From IMG/VR virus record IMGVR_UViG_3300032893_000067, positions 1 to 52,275 of that record: a stretch of DNA of 52,275 nt. One strand, 5' to 3'. Source of the DNA: a virus. Lineage: Duplodnaviria > Caudoviricetes. The position numbers and the translations under genes are program-made. Below, in pieces: positions 35,681 through 45,700 of this stretch (its first letter is position 1; every line of letters starts with the position of its first letter). The notes below the pieces were generated by a model that did no database searches, was not told the origin of the DNA, and was given only the letters and a program-made list of their open reading frames with translations.

Positions 35681-35696
35681 TTTAAGGAGATAAAAA

Positions 35697-36947
35697 ATGG
35701 CAACTACAAATACGTTTGGAACTCCGAATAATTCAGTAGGTACGCTAAACGGTTTCTTCAAAGAAACCTATGCTGACAAGCTTGGCGAACTTATTCCTGA
35801 TGGAGTAAAGATTCTAAACAAAATTAAATTCATGTCAAAAGAAAAACAACCTGGAAACCTCTACCACCAACCCGTTATTCTCGGTTTGGAGCATGGTGTT
35901 ACCTTTGCTGCTAGTGATGAAGATGCTTTCAATTTGCAAGCTCCCGTTGCTGGTCAGATTAAGGACGCCCAAGTTCGTGGTAACCCAGTAGTTCTCCGAT
36001 CATTACTCGGATATGCTGCTGCTAGCCGTGCTGCTCTTGGTGGCCAAAAGGCTTTCATGGATGCAACAAAGTTTCTAGTAGCTAATATGCTACGATCTAT
36101 GGCTAAAAAGCTTGAAATCGAAATGCTCTATGGTCAAATTGGCTATGGAACAATCGGTTCTGCTGCTTCTGCCCCCACCTATACAATTACCACGTCCGAA
36201 TGGGCTCCTGGTATTTGGGCTGGTGCTGAAGGAATGCCAATCGAAATTCGTGATTCTTCAGGCGCAATCAGCCGAGGTACTTCAGTAGTATCTTCAGTTG
36301 ATATGACAGCTAGAACAATTACCCTTCAGTCTTCAATCCCAGGTGTTGTCGCAACCGACGTTATCTGGCATAAAGGCGCTTATGGTAATGAGTTCCCCGG
36401 AATTCACAGAATTCTAACCATCTCAAGTGGTATCCTTTTCAATATCGATGTTGGTCAGTTCAACCTCTTCAGAGGCAACCAATACGACGCTCAATCTGGC
36501 GCACTCAGCTTTACCAAACTAGGTCAAGCAGTCGCAAGAGCAGTTGAAAAAGGGTTGGATGGACGAGTGCTTTCACTTGTTAATCCACGTGCATGGCAGA
36601 ATATTAACTCTGACCAAGCCGCACTACGTAAGTACGATTCAAGTTATAAAAAGGATCGCGCTGAGAACGGTTCAGAATCCCTTCTATTCCATTCACAAAA
36701 CGGTGAAATCGAAATCGAACCTTCAATCTACGTTAAAGAAGGTTACGCTTACGTTATTTCTCTCGATGAATGGATGAGAGTTGGATCAACAGATATGACC
36801 TTCCGTAGACCTGGTCAAGGCGAAGAATTTTTCAGAGATTTAGAGAACGCTGCTGCTTATGAACTCAGACTCTACAGTGATCAAGCTGTGTTCTGTATGG
36901 CTCCCGGTCGAAACACAATTATAATCAACGTAGTAAATTCTAACTAA
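35697..36947 (+). CDS. major capsid protein
   Basis: 416 aa after scaffold; TLNGFFKETY start; TAAGGAG RBS; followed by terminator. Confidence 0.85.
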   Translation: MATTNTFGTPNNSVGTLNGFFKETYADKLGELIPDGVKILNKIKFMSKEKQPGNLYHQPVILGLEHGVTFAASDEDAFNLQAPVAGQIKDAQVRGNPVVLRSLLGYAAASRAALGGQKAFMDATKFLVANMLRSMAKKLEIEMLYGQIGYGTIGSAASAPTYTITTSEWAPGIWAGAEGMPIEIRDSSGAISRGTSVVSSVDMTARTITLQSSIPGVVATDVIWHKGAYGNEFPGIHRILTISSGILFNIDVGQFNLFRGNQYDAQSGALSFTKLGQAVARAVEKGLDGRVLSLVNPRAWQNINSDQAALRKYDSSYKKDRAENGSESLLFHSQNGEIEIEPSIYVKEGYAYVISLDEWMRVGSTDMTFRRPGQGEEFFRDLENAAAYELRLYSDQAVFCMAPGRNTIIINVVNSN

Positions 36948-36967
36948 GCTACGTTTGTTTAAAGATT

Positions 36968-36999
36968 TGGGACAAGTTTTTAATTTGTCCCATTTTTTT
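36968..36999 (+). terminator. intrinsic terminator after MCP
   Basis: TGGGACAA-loop-TTGTCCCA followed by T7. Confidence 0.8.
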
Positions 37000-37002
37000 A
37001 TC

Positions 37003-37030
37003 TTGATTTTTTGTATGAGTATGGTATAAT
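37003..37030 (+). promoter_or_regulatory. sigma70-type promoter for HNH gene
   Basis: TTGATT-N16-TATAAT with TG extension; ATG 6 nt later. Confidence 0.55.
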
Positions 37031-37036
37031 TATAAT

Positions 37037-37654
37037 ATGAAGACTTGCAAAATATGCAAATTTACAAAGCCACTAACAGAATTTAATCCTGCCAGTAAAT
37101 ATAAGGATAAGGTCTATTATCGTGGTGAATGTAAAGAATGTAATCTAAAACAACAATCTTCAAATCAAGCTGCTCAAATAAAATACCGCAATTCTGAAAA
37201 AGGACGAAAAGCTAAATCAGACTATAAGAAGACAGAGAAATATAAAGAATATCAAAGAGAATATGATAAAACCAGAGTAGGAGATCCTAAACGAAAAGAA
37301 AGTCAATATGCTTATTTAAAAAGACGTTTAAAAGAAGACCCATTTTTTCGTTTAAGATTAAATGTAAGAAATCGTTTAAGAAATATGATGAAAGTAAAAA
37401 ATTGGCATAAAGATAATACTTTTAAAAATTATATAGGATGTGAATTAGATGCTCTTAAAATGCATATAGAAAAACAATTTACAGAAGGTATGACATGGGA
37501 TAATTATGGTCATGGAGAAAAATGTTGGACATTAGATCATATTTATCCATTATCATTGGCAAAAACCGAAGAAGAGATGTATAAACTTTGTCACTATACA
37601 AATCTACAACCCCTATGGCGCCTAGATAATATCAAGAAGTCCAATAAAATCTAA
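37037..37654 (+). CDS. HNH-type homing endonuclease
   Basis: CKIC...CKEC; YIGC, MTWDNYG, WTLDHIYPL, HYTNLQPLW...N. Confidence 0.88.
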   Translation: MKTCKICKFTKPLTEFNPASKYKDKVYYRGECKECNLKQQSSNQAAQIKYRNSEKGRKAKSDYKKTEKYKEYQREYDKTRVGDPKRKESQYAYLKRRLKEDPFFRLRLNVRNRLRNMMKVKNWHKDNTFKNYIGCELDALKMHIEKQFTEGMTWDNYGHGEKCWTLDHIYPLSLAKTEEEMYKLCHYTNLQPLWRLDNIKKSNKI

Positions 37655-37865
37655 CAGTTCCATATTTACAATGATAGTCAATAAATAACGGCATTTCTAT
37701 AGGGTTTAAATATTCTTTTCTATGCTGATCTCCAGTTCCAAGCCATATATCAGTCATTGCAGCATTGCTATATCCATTACTATCAAATTGCCTATTAATA
37801 TTAAGTTTCTTGTATAACTTCTCATATTGTTCTTTTGTCAGTCGCCAAAGTTTCATTTTATTCAT
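37632..37865 (-). CDS. hypothetical protein
   Basis: Last gene of minus cassette. Confidence 0.55.
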   Translation of the reverse strand: MNKMKLWRLTKEQYEKLYKKLNINRQFDSNGYSNAAMTDIWLGTGDQHRKEYLNPIEMPLFIDYHCKYGTVRFYWTS

Positions 37866-38088
37866 CTTTCTTTACCTTCAATAACGGTTTACTCATTTCA
37901 GTCTGTAATCTAGTTATTTCCAAGAATACTCTATCTAATTCTTTTCGTGCTTCTTCTGGGCTCATGTTCTCATATTTCTTCTTCTGTTCTTCTGTCAATT
38001 CTGGTATCCCACATAATTTTTCTAGGCCATCCCAGAATGCTTTATTGATTCTCTTAGCAAATGTTGGGTGTATTATTAATTTACCCAT
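37858..38088 (-). CDS. hypothetical protein
   Basis: Coupled in operon. Confidence 0.6.
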   Translation of the reverse strand: MGKLIIHPTFAKRINKAFWDGLEKLCGIPELTEEQKKKYENMSPEEARKELDRVFLEITRLQTEMSKPLLKVKKDE

Positions 38089-38329
38089 TCTTTTTTCTCT
38101 TTTTGGTCTTTTTTAAATCTAATGGTTTTATATTATTTAGAAGACTTCCCATAACCCAATTTTCCATACCATCTGTGTTTTGTAAACTCATCTTAATATA
38201 TGCAGTTCCATAAATAATAGCATCTCTATTAATTTCTTCCCATATTTTAGGATCAAGTGGATTATTGTAGCTTAATTCATGAATTTTAGGTCCGGGCATA
38301 CATCCACCGCCGCAGCATTTTTTCTTCAT
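38081..38329 (-). CDS. hypothetical protein
   Basis: Coupled in operon. Confidence 0.55.
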   Translation of the reverse strand: MKKKCCGGGCMPGPKIHELSYNNPLDPKIWEEINRDAIIYGTAYIKMSLQNTDGMENWVMGSLLNNIKPLDLKKTKKRKKNG

Positions 38330-38673
38330 TTAATTTCCTTTTTTAATTTTTCTATTTCTTTAAGAGCATAATCAACTTCATGTTCATCGTGTCTCATCGC
38401 TACTTCATAATCTTGTAAATTCCAATTATCTCTAGATTCGCCATTATTATAAATTGCTTCTAAAGCAACTATTGCAATATTAAGCATTTCTATTGCTTTC
38501 CAATACTTTATAGCTACTTCATTTAAATCATCTAATTTAATAATTGGATTTTCATCAGACCATTTGGTTCCGGCATAAAATCCACATGCTCTTAAATCAT
38601 CAGAATCTTTCATATCATTTTTTAATTTTAGATATTCTTCTATAGCCTTATCTATTTGTTCTTTTCTTGTCAT
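38326..38673 (-). CDS. hypothetical protein
   Basis: GFYAGTKWSDENP motif; ATGA coupling. Confidence 0.65.
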   Translation of the reverse strand: MTRKEQIDKAIEEYLKLKNDMKDSDDLRACGFYAGTKWSDENPIIKLDDLNEVAIKYWKAIEMLNIAIVALEAIYNNGESRDNWNLQDYEVAMRHDEHEVDYALKEIEKLKKEIK

Positions 38674-39182
38674 AAATTAAACCCCACATTAAATAGAAAG
38701 AAATCTCTTCCCTTATTAATCTGGCTCATTCCGGCATTACTAAAATGTCTATATTCAAATCCGCACCATTTACCTTTATTATCTTTAATACCAAATCCTA
38801 ACTCTTCTGTAAATTCAAATTGTGTTCCAAGTTGTGAATCTACTTGAGTAATATAAGATGCACCAAAATAAGTTTCGCCATAAAAATAACCCGGCTCCAC
38901 TCTAATACCCAAAGAATCACTTACAAATCCTGAGCTACGTTTTAATTTATCGGCATCTAAAGAATCAAACCATGCCCCAAGATCAAACTTATTATTAAAT
39001 ATTCTGCTAATAGGATTTATATAGCCAAGTGATATATATTTGGTTTCAGCCACACCATCTTGATTTGGCTGGTCAAATCCAAGGCCATACTTAAAAGTAA
39101 TATCTCCGGCATATAGATTTGTCATATATAACTGTCCAAAAAGCATGATTATGGTCATGTATATATAACATTTTTTCATCAA
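38670..39182 (-). CDS. pagL: PagL-like lipid A deacylase / acyloxyacyl hydrolase beta barrel
   Basis: Signal peptide, amphipathic strands, LGTQFEFTEELGFG and EYRHFSNAG...NKG catalytic His-Ser motif. Confidence 0.75.
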   Translation of the reverse strand: MMKKCYIYMTIIMLFGQLYMTNLYAGDITFKYGLGFDQPNQDGVAETKYISLGYINPISRIFNNKFDLGAWFDSLDADKLKRSSGFVSDSLGIRVEPGYFYGETYFGASYITQVDSQLGTQFEFTEELGFGIKDNKGKWCGFEYRHFSNAGMSQINKGRDFFLFNVGFNL

Positions 39183-40288
39183 TGAAACTCCGATTGTTCT
39201 TTAGACAAATATTCTTCACTTATAAGTTTTAATAGTTTTCTACCAATAGAACATTCTGTTTCTATTAGCGGTTTTATTACAACACCTTCTCTAACTTTCT
39301 GTTCTGGAACAAATACAGAATCACCTTTTGTTAAGGTTTTTGCTGCTTCTTTATTAAATGGTCCTCTATAAAATTCTGGAACTATATCAAATCCTCTTTC
39401 TTTTGCAATTGTTTGAAATTCATCAACATTTGCATAATGTGATTCAGTTTCATTCTGATATTTAAGATCAAATACAACTAATTTGTGTTCACCATTTTTA
39501 CATCCATATGTATAATTTTTTTGAATACCATCTCCATAAAGCTCGCCATACCAAATTTCACCAGGCTTTACTTTATTTTTGGCATCATATTTTTCAAGTA
39601 CTTTTCCATAGACATCTTCACCATAAAACCCTGTATAATTCCATCGTTGTTGTAATTGGACATTATTAGATCCATATACCCATTCAAATTTGGGCGATAG
39701 CCCAAGCCATTTTAATAGCTTTCTCCATGGATTATTAGCTACATATGGAACCATTCCAAATCTAATATTACTTCCATGTACTTTTTCTGTAATGGATACT
39801 TGTTCGCCTTCTTCAAATAAGTCTGGATACCATTTAAAGTTATCAATGCCGCCATATTTATGGAAGAATGGATTCTCTTTTGGTTTATCTCTTTTTTTAA
39901 CAGCAGCTTGTTGATAATTAGCTTGTGGAGGTTCATATTTAGTTATTCCAAGAACTTCTGCTAGATCTGTTTCTAGTTCATAGTTTAATGGGGTATCAAG
40001 TAACTCTGGATCAACTATTAGGCCCTGAGAATATTCTCCTCTAATCTTAATTTGTCTTACACGATGTTTATTAAGTTTAATTTTTGAATCTGCACCAAAT
40101 AGTTTATTCTCAATATTTTGAGGAAGGATAGAATCAATTGGCACATAAACTACTTTATCACCGGGAGTATATCGTCCTTTAGAAACAATTACATTAAAAT
40201 CATATACTTTAACAAATTCTAAAGCAGTTGCATTATTATGGGGTAATATTTCCTTAATTGTTGTTAGAGGAATTTTATATTCAGACAT
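39179..40288 (-). CDS. ATP-dependent RNA ligase (DRB0094/Rnl5-like with N-terminal OB domain)
   Basis: HNNATALE, KIRGEYSQGL, motif I TEKVHGSN, YGELYG, VFD, REGVVIK, KLIS. Confidence 0.9.
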   Translation of the reverse strand: MSEYKIPLTTIKEILPHNNATALEFVKVYDFNVIVSKGRYTPGDKVVYVPIDSILPQNIENKLFGADSKIKLNKHRVRQIKIRGEYSQGLIVDPELLDTPLNYELETDLAEVLGITKYEPPQANYQQAAVKKRDKPKENPFFHKYGGIDNFKWYPDLFEEGEQVSITEKVHGSNIRFGMVPYVANNPWRKLLKWLGLSPKFEWVYGSNNVQLQQRWNYTGFYGEDVYGKVLEKYDAKNKVKPGEIWYGELYGDGIQKNYTYGCKNGEHKLVVFDLKYQNETESHYANVDEFQTIAKERGFDIVPEFYRGPFNKEAAKTLTKGDSVFVPEQKVREGVVIKPLIETECSIGRKLLKLISEEYLSKEQSEFH

Positions 40289-41143
40289 TTAAAATTCTCC
40301 ATCTGTGCATTGTAAACATGTGAATCCTCTTTTCCGCCACATATCTACAACTTGCTTTCTATCATCTATTATAAAATAAGGTGTATAATTTGTCAAGATT
40401 TCAAAGTCTAAAAGTATCTCTTTTGCTATATTATCCTGTCTATAATCTCCTTCATAACGCATGAATAGATCAAATCTCATATCATGAGGTAAATAATCAT
40501 ATAGCCAGCTTAGAGTTAAATTTCTATAATTTGAGGGCCTTCCAGAACAAAATAAAATAATATTAGATTTTAAAGCAGTAAGCATCTCCAAACACCACAT
40601 ATTAGCCTGATCATTTATTAATTGCTCAAAAAATGACATCCAATCCTTTTTACCTTCTTTTTTGACATAATGAAGTCTATGGTCTAAATTACATAAAGTT
40701 CCATCTAAATCGCATATAATAGCCAATGGCTTTTCACCTTCGGGCCATATTCTAATAACTTCATCAGCTTCACTATCTTCAACTCGTTCATATTTAGAAA
40801 AGAAAAAATTTAATACTTTTTTAGCCGTTTTCTCATCTTTAATTGTCAAATGTTCTCTATTTTTACAGCGTTGTAGACAAGTATTATAGGATTCATGTAA
40901 TACAACGATCTTTGTCTTATAGGTTCCTACCGCATTTAAATAGCGACTTCTTTGTTCTTTAGAGAAGTTCATCCTATCTACAATAATATCTTTTTGAGCG
41001 ATAACTGCCTCTGTAAATAGTTGAAAATGTTCAGTTTTTCCTTGTAAATCTTGATTAATATAAGTATATCCTTGATCTATGTATTGTTTGGCATATGTGG
41101 ATTTTCCACTTCCAGGAGGACCAACTAACAGTATTAATTCCAT
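40289..41143 (-). CDS. pseT: polynucleotide 5'-kinase/3'-phosphatase (PseT-like)
   Basis: P-loop GPPGSGKST, INQD, VDRMN; HAD CDLDGTL, CSGR, DDRKQVVDMWR. Confidence 0.9.
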   Translation of the reverse strand: MELILLVGPPGSGKSTYAKQYIDQGYTYINQDLQGKTEHFQLFTEAVIAQKDIIVDRMNFSKEQRSRYLNAVGTYKTKIVVLHESYNTCLQRCKNREHLTIKDEKTAKKVLNFFFSKYERVEDSEADEVIRIWPEGEKPLAIICDLDGTLCNLDHRLHYVKKEGKKDWMSFFEQLINDQANMWCLEMLTALKSNIILFCSGRPSNYRNLTLSWLYDYLPHDMRFDLFMRYEGDYRQDNIAKEILLDFEILTNYTPYFIIDDRKQVVDMWRKRGFTCLQCTDGEF

Positions 41144-41162
41144 TAAAACTCCTTAAAAAACA

Positions 41163-41361
41163 GTGAAGAGGCCAGACGCGACTCTGACTACCGGGATAAA
41201 TAATCGACGCTTCTCCCATTTAAGGGTACTGCTCCGGACCAGCGAGCAGGTGCGTGTCTCCAGAAGGGCTTTGGTCACGTCTACACCAATGTGGCCACTG
41301 GCTCGACTAATTACGGTTCTCTTAGGAACGCCCACCTTCAGCTTTCCACGCCGCTCTTCAC
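41163..41361 (-). ncRNA. ~200-nt tRNA-like structured RNA
   Basis: GC-rich island; GTGAAGAG/CTCTTCAC terminal stem, GCGTG/CACGC D-like stem, GTCAGA-GTCGCG-TCTGGC T-like arm; own promoter; T6 run after. Confidence 0.75.
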
Positions 41362-41367
41362 ATACCT

Positions 41368-41396
41368 ATTATCTCCAATATATCCATAGAAGTCAA
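41368..41396 (-). promoter_or_regulatory. sigma70-type promoter for RNA/repair cassette
   Basis: TTGACT-N17-GATAAT; predicted +1 coincides with 5' end of the RNA stem. Confidence 0.7.
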
Positions 41397-41465
41397 TAAA
41401 ATTTTTCTATAGTAATATTAAGTACTTATAGAATGAATGATGTGAATATTTTAGATTTATTTAAG

Positions 41466-41475
41466 TTAACAACTA
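41466..41475 (+). promoter_or_regulatory. putative late promoter box
   Basis: TTAACAACTATATA. Confidence 0.7.
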
Positions 41476-41512
41476 TATATAGAGTTATTCTACAATTCTT
41501 ATAAGGATCTAA

Positions 41513-42262
41513 ATGTCCGAATTTATCGTTTATGGCTTAATTGATCCAGATACATTTGATATAAGGTATATTGGTAAATCTATAACTGGATTAAAAAGGG
41601 CTAATGAGCACCGAAAGCCTGCTTCATTAAAAAATGATGGAAATACACCTAAAGCAAATTGGATAAGAAAATTAAAGAATAATGGTAAGGATTATTTTAC
41701 AACTATTTTATATAACTTAGGAAATTGTCAATTTGATAAAACTACAATAAACGATATTTTATACAAAAAAGAGCAGGAATTAATAAATTATTATAATATC
41801 CTTGGTTATAATTTGACAAATAGACAAGATGGTGGACCTGGTAGTCCGGGGCGAATTTTATCAGAAGAATCAAAGAAAAAAATGTCTTTAAGTGCTAAAA
41901 AACGAGAAATGCCAAAGGCATTAAAAGATAATCAGAAGTCTAAATATAATGATCCTGAAGGTAAAAGAATTTGCTCAAAATGTGAAGAGACTAAAGAATT
42001 AGATAGTTTTGGTAAATATAAAGAAAAATTTTATAGAGTTTGTAGATCATGTTTTAATAAAAATAGACCAAAAAGAAGAGTAAAAGATCCGTATAAATCT
42101 ACAAAAATACCAGTTATTGCTAAAAATGAAAAAGAAATTATTAAATTTAATGGATTAAAAGAGGCAGCAAGATTAATTGGTGGAAAATGTAATAAAACCG
42201 GAATTAATCTGGCTATAAAAAATAATAGATCTTATTATGGATACTTTTGGAGTTTAATTTGA
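41513..42262 (+). CDS. GIY-YIG homing endonuclease
   Basis: IVYGLIDP...RYIGKS, EQELI, NLTN...GG, SEESKKKMS (NUMOD3-like), Zn finger, C-terminal HTH. Confidence 0.85.
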   Translation: MSEFIVYGLIDPDTFDIRYIGKSITGLKRANEHRKPASLKNDGNTPKANWIRKLKNNGKDYFTTILYNLGNCQFDKTTINDILYKKEQELINYYNILGYNLTNRQDGGPGSPGRILSEESKKKMSLSAKKREMPKALKDNQKSKYNDPEGKRICSKCEETKELDSFGKYKEKFYRVCRSCFNKNRPKRRVKDPYKSTKIPVIAKNEKEIIKFNGLKEAARLIGGKCNKTGINLAIKNNRSYYGYFWSLI

Positions 42263-42741
42263 GCATACCCATAAATATCTCTGGAACAATAATTGAATTC
42301 CCAAGCAGCGGCCAGGACCCCAACTGGTCGAATGCAGTAATACAATTTGCAGAAGCAGTAGCCGCTGCATTATCTATTGTTGCAGGTCCCTTTGATGTTG
42401 CTCCACAGATTTATACAATGACATCTAATGTCAATACAAATGTTAATATTCCAAATCTAGCATTTCCGACAAGTAATGTTAGAGGTGCTTTTATTCGTTA
42501 TACAGTATTTCGTCAAACAACTACAGATACTGTTTCAGAAGCAGGTAATATAATTATTGTATATAATCCAGCAAATCCTGTTAGTCAGAAATGGGAAATT
42601 GTTAGAGATTATGATGAAGATGCTTTAATGACTTTTACTATTACAGATACTGGTCAAGTACAATTTTCTAGTGCATTACTTGCTGGTGCTAATCATGTAG
42701 GAACAATAACTTTTGCCGCACAAGCCTTATTAAATGCTTAA
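42259..42741 (+). CDS. virion structural protein
   Basis: TTG start with GGAG; domain shared with C-terminus of 51177..51737. Confidence 0.65.
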   Translation: MSIPINISGTIIEFPSSGQDPNWSNAVIQFAEAVAAALSIVAGPFDVAPQIYTMTSNVNTNVNIPNLAFPTSNVRGAFIRYTVFRQTTTDTVSEAGNIIIVYNPANPVSQKWEIVRDYDEDALMTFTITDTGQVQFSSALLAGANHVGTITFAAQALLNA

Positions 42742-42756
42742 GATGGAGATAATCTA

Positions 42757-45700
42757 ATGGCCTTTTCGTTTAGAAAATTTTTTCAGGGAATTAATATCGT
42801 CCCAAAGACTGCATCAACCGCAAGCTCTGCGGGAGATTTAGATTTTGATACTACTAATAATAAATTAAATCTTAATAATGGATCAAGTTCTTCACCAGTC
42901 GTTACAGAGACGCACGCCGACCAAGGTACTCACAGACTTCAAAATAAAGATCTTGACGATTCTACAACTGCTGTAGTTGATTCTTCTGATACCACAAAGC
43001 AATTAAAATTTGATGCAGCAGGTACTACAGGAACTTCTACAACTCTTGCTACTTCTCAAACAGCTAATCGAGTTGCAACACTTCCAGATCAAACTGGTAC
43101 TATTCAAGTAAATACAGTTCCTGGTTTAATTCAAAATACTAATCTTGACGATACTACAGTTTTCTTTGTTGATCCAGCAGATCAAACTAAAAAGATTGGA
43201 TTTGATGAGTCTGGCGCAACAACTGGAACAAAGACAACTCTTATTTCTTCTCAAACCGCTAATAGGCAGCTAACTCTTCCAGATACTACAGATACACTAG
43301 TTGCAAGAAATACTAGTGATCTTCTTACCAATAAAGAATTAGTTGATAACTCAATAGCAATTGTTGATAATTCTGATTCTTCAATTCAAATTAAATTTGA
43401 CGCTGCCGGTGCTGTCAGTACTTCAACTACTTTGTTATCTTCTCAAACAACTAATAAAACTTTAACTCTTCCTGATGCAACAGATACCCTTGTTGGTAAA
43501 AATACAACCGATCTTTTAACAAATAAGAGTTTAGTTGATAGTTCTACTGCAATTGTTGATAATGCAGATAATACAAAGCAGATTAAATTTGATGCGGCAG
43601 GAACAACTGGAACTTCTATTACATTGCTTTCTTCACAAACAACTAACAAAGTGCTCACCCTTCCAGATGCTACTGATACTCTTATTGCTCGTAATACTAC
43701 TGATACAATTACAAATAAAACTCCAGCACAAGACTGGATTGCAGATGCTAATACACGTAATATAGGATCTTCAGCTACTCCTTGGAATAATGAATTTATT
43801 GAAGGATACGATGATAGGGGTCAGATTGCAACTCCATCAAATCCATCTGCTTCAAGAAATCGTTTTTATTTTAAATCTGATAATAATCTTTATAGTTTAG
43901 ATTCTTCTGGTAATGAGAAATTAATTGGTTCTGGAAGTTCTCTTTCACAAAACTTTATAGTTCTAAATTCTTCTTGGCAGCCTGTTAATACAAATAATGC
44001 TGATGCAGAGACTTCAGTTGGTAACTGGGCGGCATTTGCTGATCCGGCACAATCAACTCCAACAGATATGACTGGTGGATCTCCCACAGTTACAATTTCT
44101 CGTACAACTACTGGTGGTGAAGTATTAAATGGTGCAGCCAGCTTTAAAGTAATAAAAGATGCTGCAAATAGACAAGGTGAAGGAGCAAGTTGTATTGCTT
44201 ATGTTCCTCTTGCTTATCGCGGTGTAGTTAATTCAATTAAAATTCCATTTAAAATTATTTCTGGTTCAATTATTCAAGGTGATTTAAAGTTTTATGTATA
44301 TGATGTAATAAATAGTGCATTAATTACACCAAGTAATAATGATGTTATAGGATCATCTGGTGTTATTGAATGTACTTTTTCTACTCTTTCTACAACTGCT
44401 CAAATTAGAGTTGGATTTTTCTTTGCTTCTACTTCAACAACTGCTGTAACATTTAGTTTTGATGATGTATTTGTTGGCCCAGATGAGACAGTTCTTGGTC
44501 CAGTTATTAATGATTGGCAGTCATATACTCCAACATTTACTGGTTTTGGAACAGTAAGTGGGGTTTCTGCTTTTTGGAGGCGAATTGGGGATAGTATTGA
44601 GGTACAGGGATTGTTTACATCAGGATCTTCTACGGCCACATCTGCGACAATAAGTCTTCCATCTGGATTATCTCTGGATACATCAAAAATTACAACACCA
44701 TCACAAACTAATACATTTGGTTTTTTTACTAGAGCGGCAAATGCATCATTAAATAGCATACCATCAACAGGATATGGCCCTTGGGTTATTACAGATGGTG
44801 TTGGAATAACAACAGATAATGTCTATATTGCAGTATCGACTACTACTAGCTCAAATATTTATCCATTAGCAAATGGTTCTGCCGTATTAGCTAGTGGCGA
44901 TTCGGGTTCATTTACATTTAAAGTTCCAATTGCAGGGTGGTCTGCTGGAATTGTTCAAGCAAATTCTTCTGTATTTAAAATTAGTAATTTCTTAGCTAAT
45001 GGAACACGTGTAACAGGAACTAATCCTGCTACATTGGGTGAATACAGGACACAATTGAGAAATGCCGGGGCTAATACATATACAGATACTAATGGGGCAC
45101 CAACAATTTCACCAAGTGTAGCAAATGGTATGGCTGCATACCAAGGTAATGCATATAGTGCTGCAGATACTAATAATAATCCAACTAGATATGATATCTT
45201 TATTGGTCTTAATAAAAACTATACAATGCAATGGTATAGTTCTACAGGAAGAACTGGTAATATAGATGTAACATCTAGTTATGATTCTGCAAATACTTCA
45301 GATGTTGGATTTGCAGATATGTATGACCCAACAACTGGTATTCTAACAATTAACCGATTAACATACGCCGGTAGTGCTACTGGTCATATTTTAGCAATTT
45401 CGGCTGATGGTACAAGTGTAAGTAGTCCTGTTTATTTTGATGTCATAGTATCAGATAATCCACTTGCAGTACAAGCATCAAATTCTCAATTTAATGCTTA
45501 TTCATTATCTATTACAGCAACAACAACAGATCCAACAATAGGTACAATTACTACAAATATTGCATCATATAATATTATTGGAAAAATGATGTATATTATG
45601 TATAATCTTGTAACTTCTAGTGCTGGTACTAATGGATCTGGTACTTTTAAATTTAGTATTCCTTCTGGATATACAATTGATACAAATTATATTTTTCCTG

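Noticed and set aside
41163-41361. Canonical tRNA or tmRNA
   Set aside because: No 7-nt anticodon loop, no TTCG T-loop, no CCA, no Ala acceptor or tag frame seen
41153-41399. Track ORFs 41153..41335 (-) and 41163..41399 (+)
   Set aside because: No RBS, atypical composition; region is better explained by the structured RNA
41400-42262. Group I intron around the GIY-YIG gene
   Set aside because: No interrupted host gene or intron core visible; the gene has its own late box and RBS
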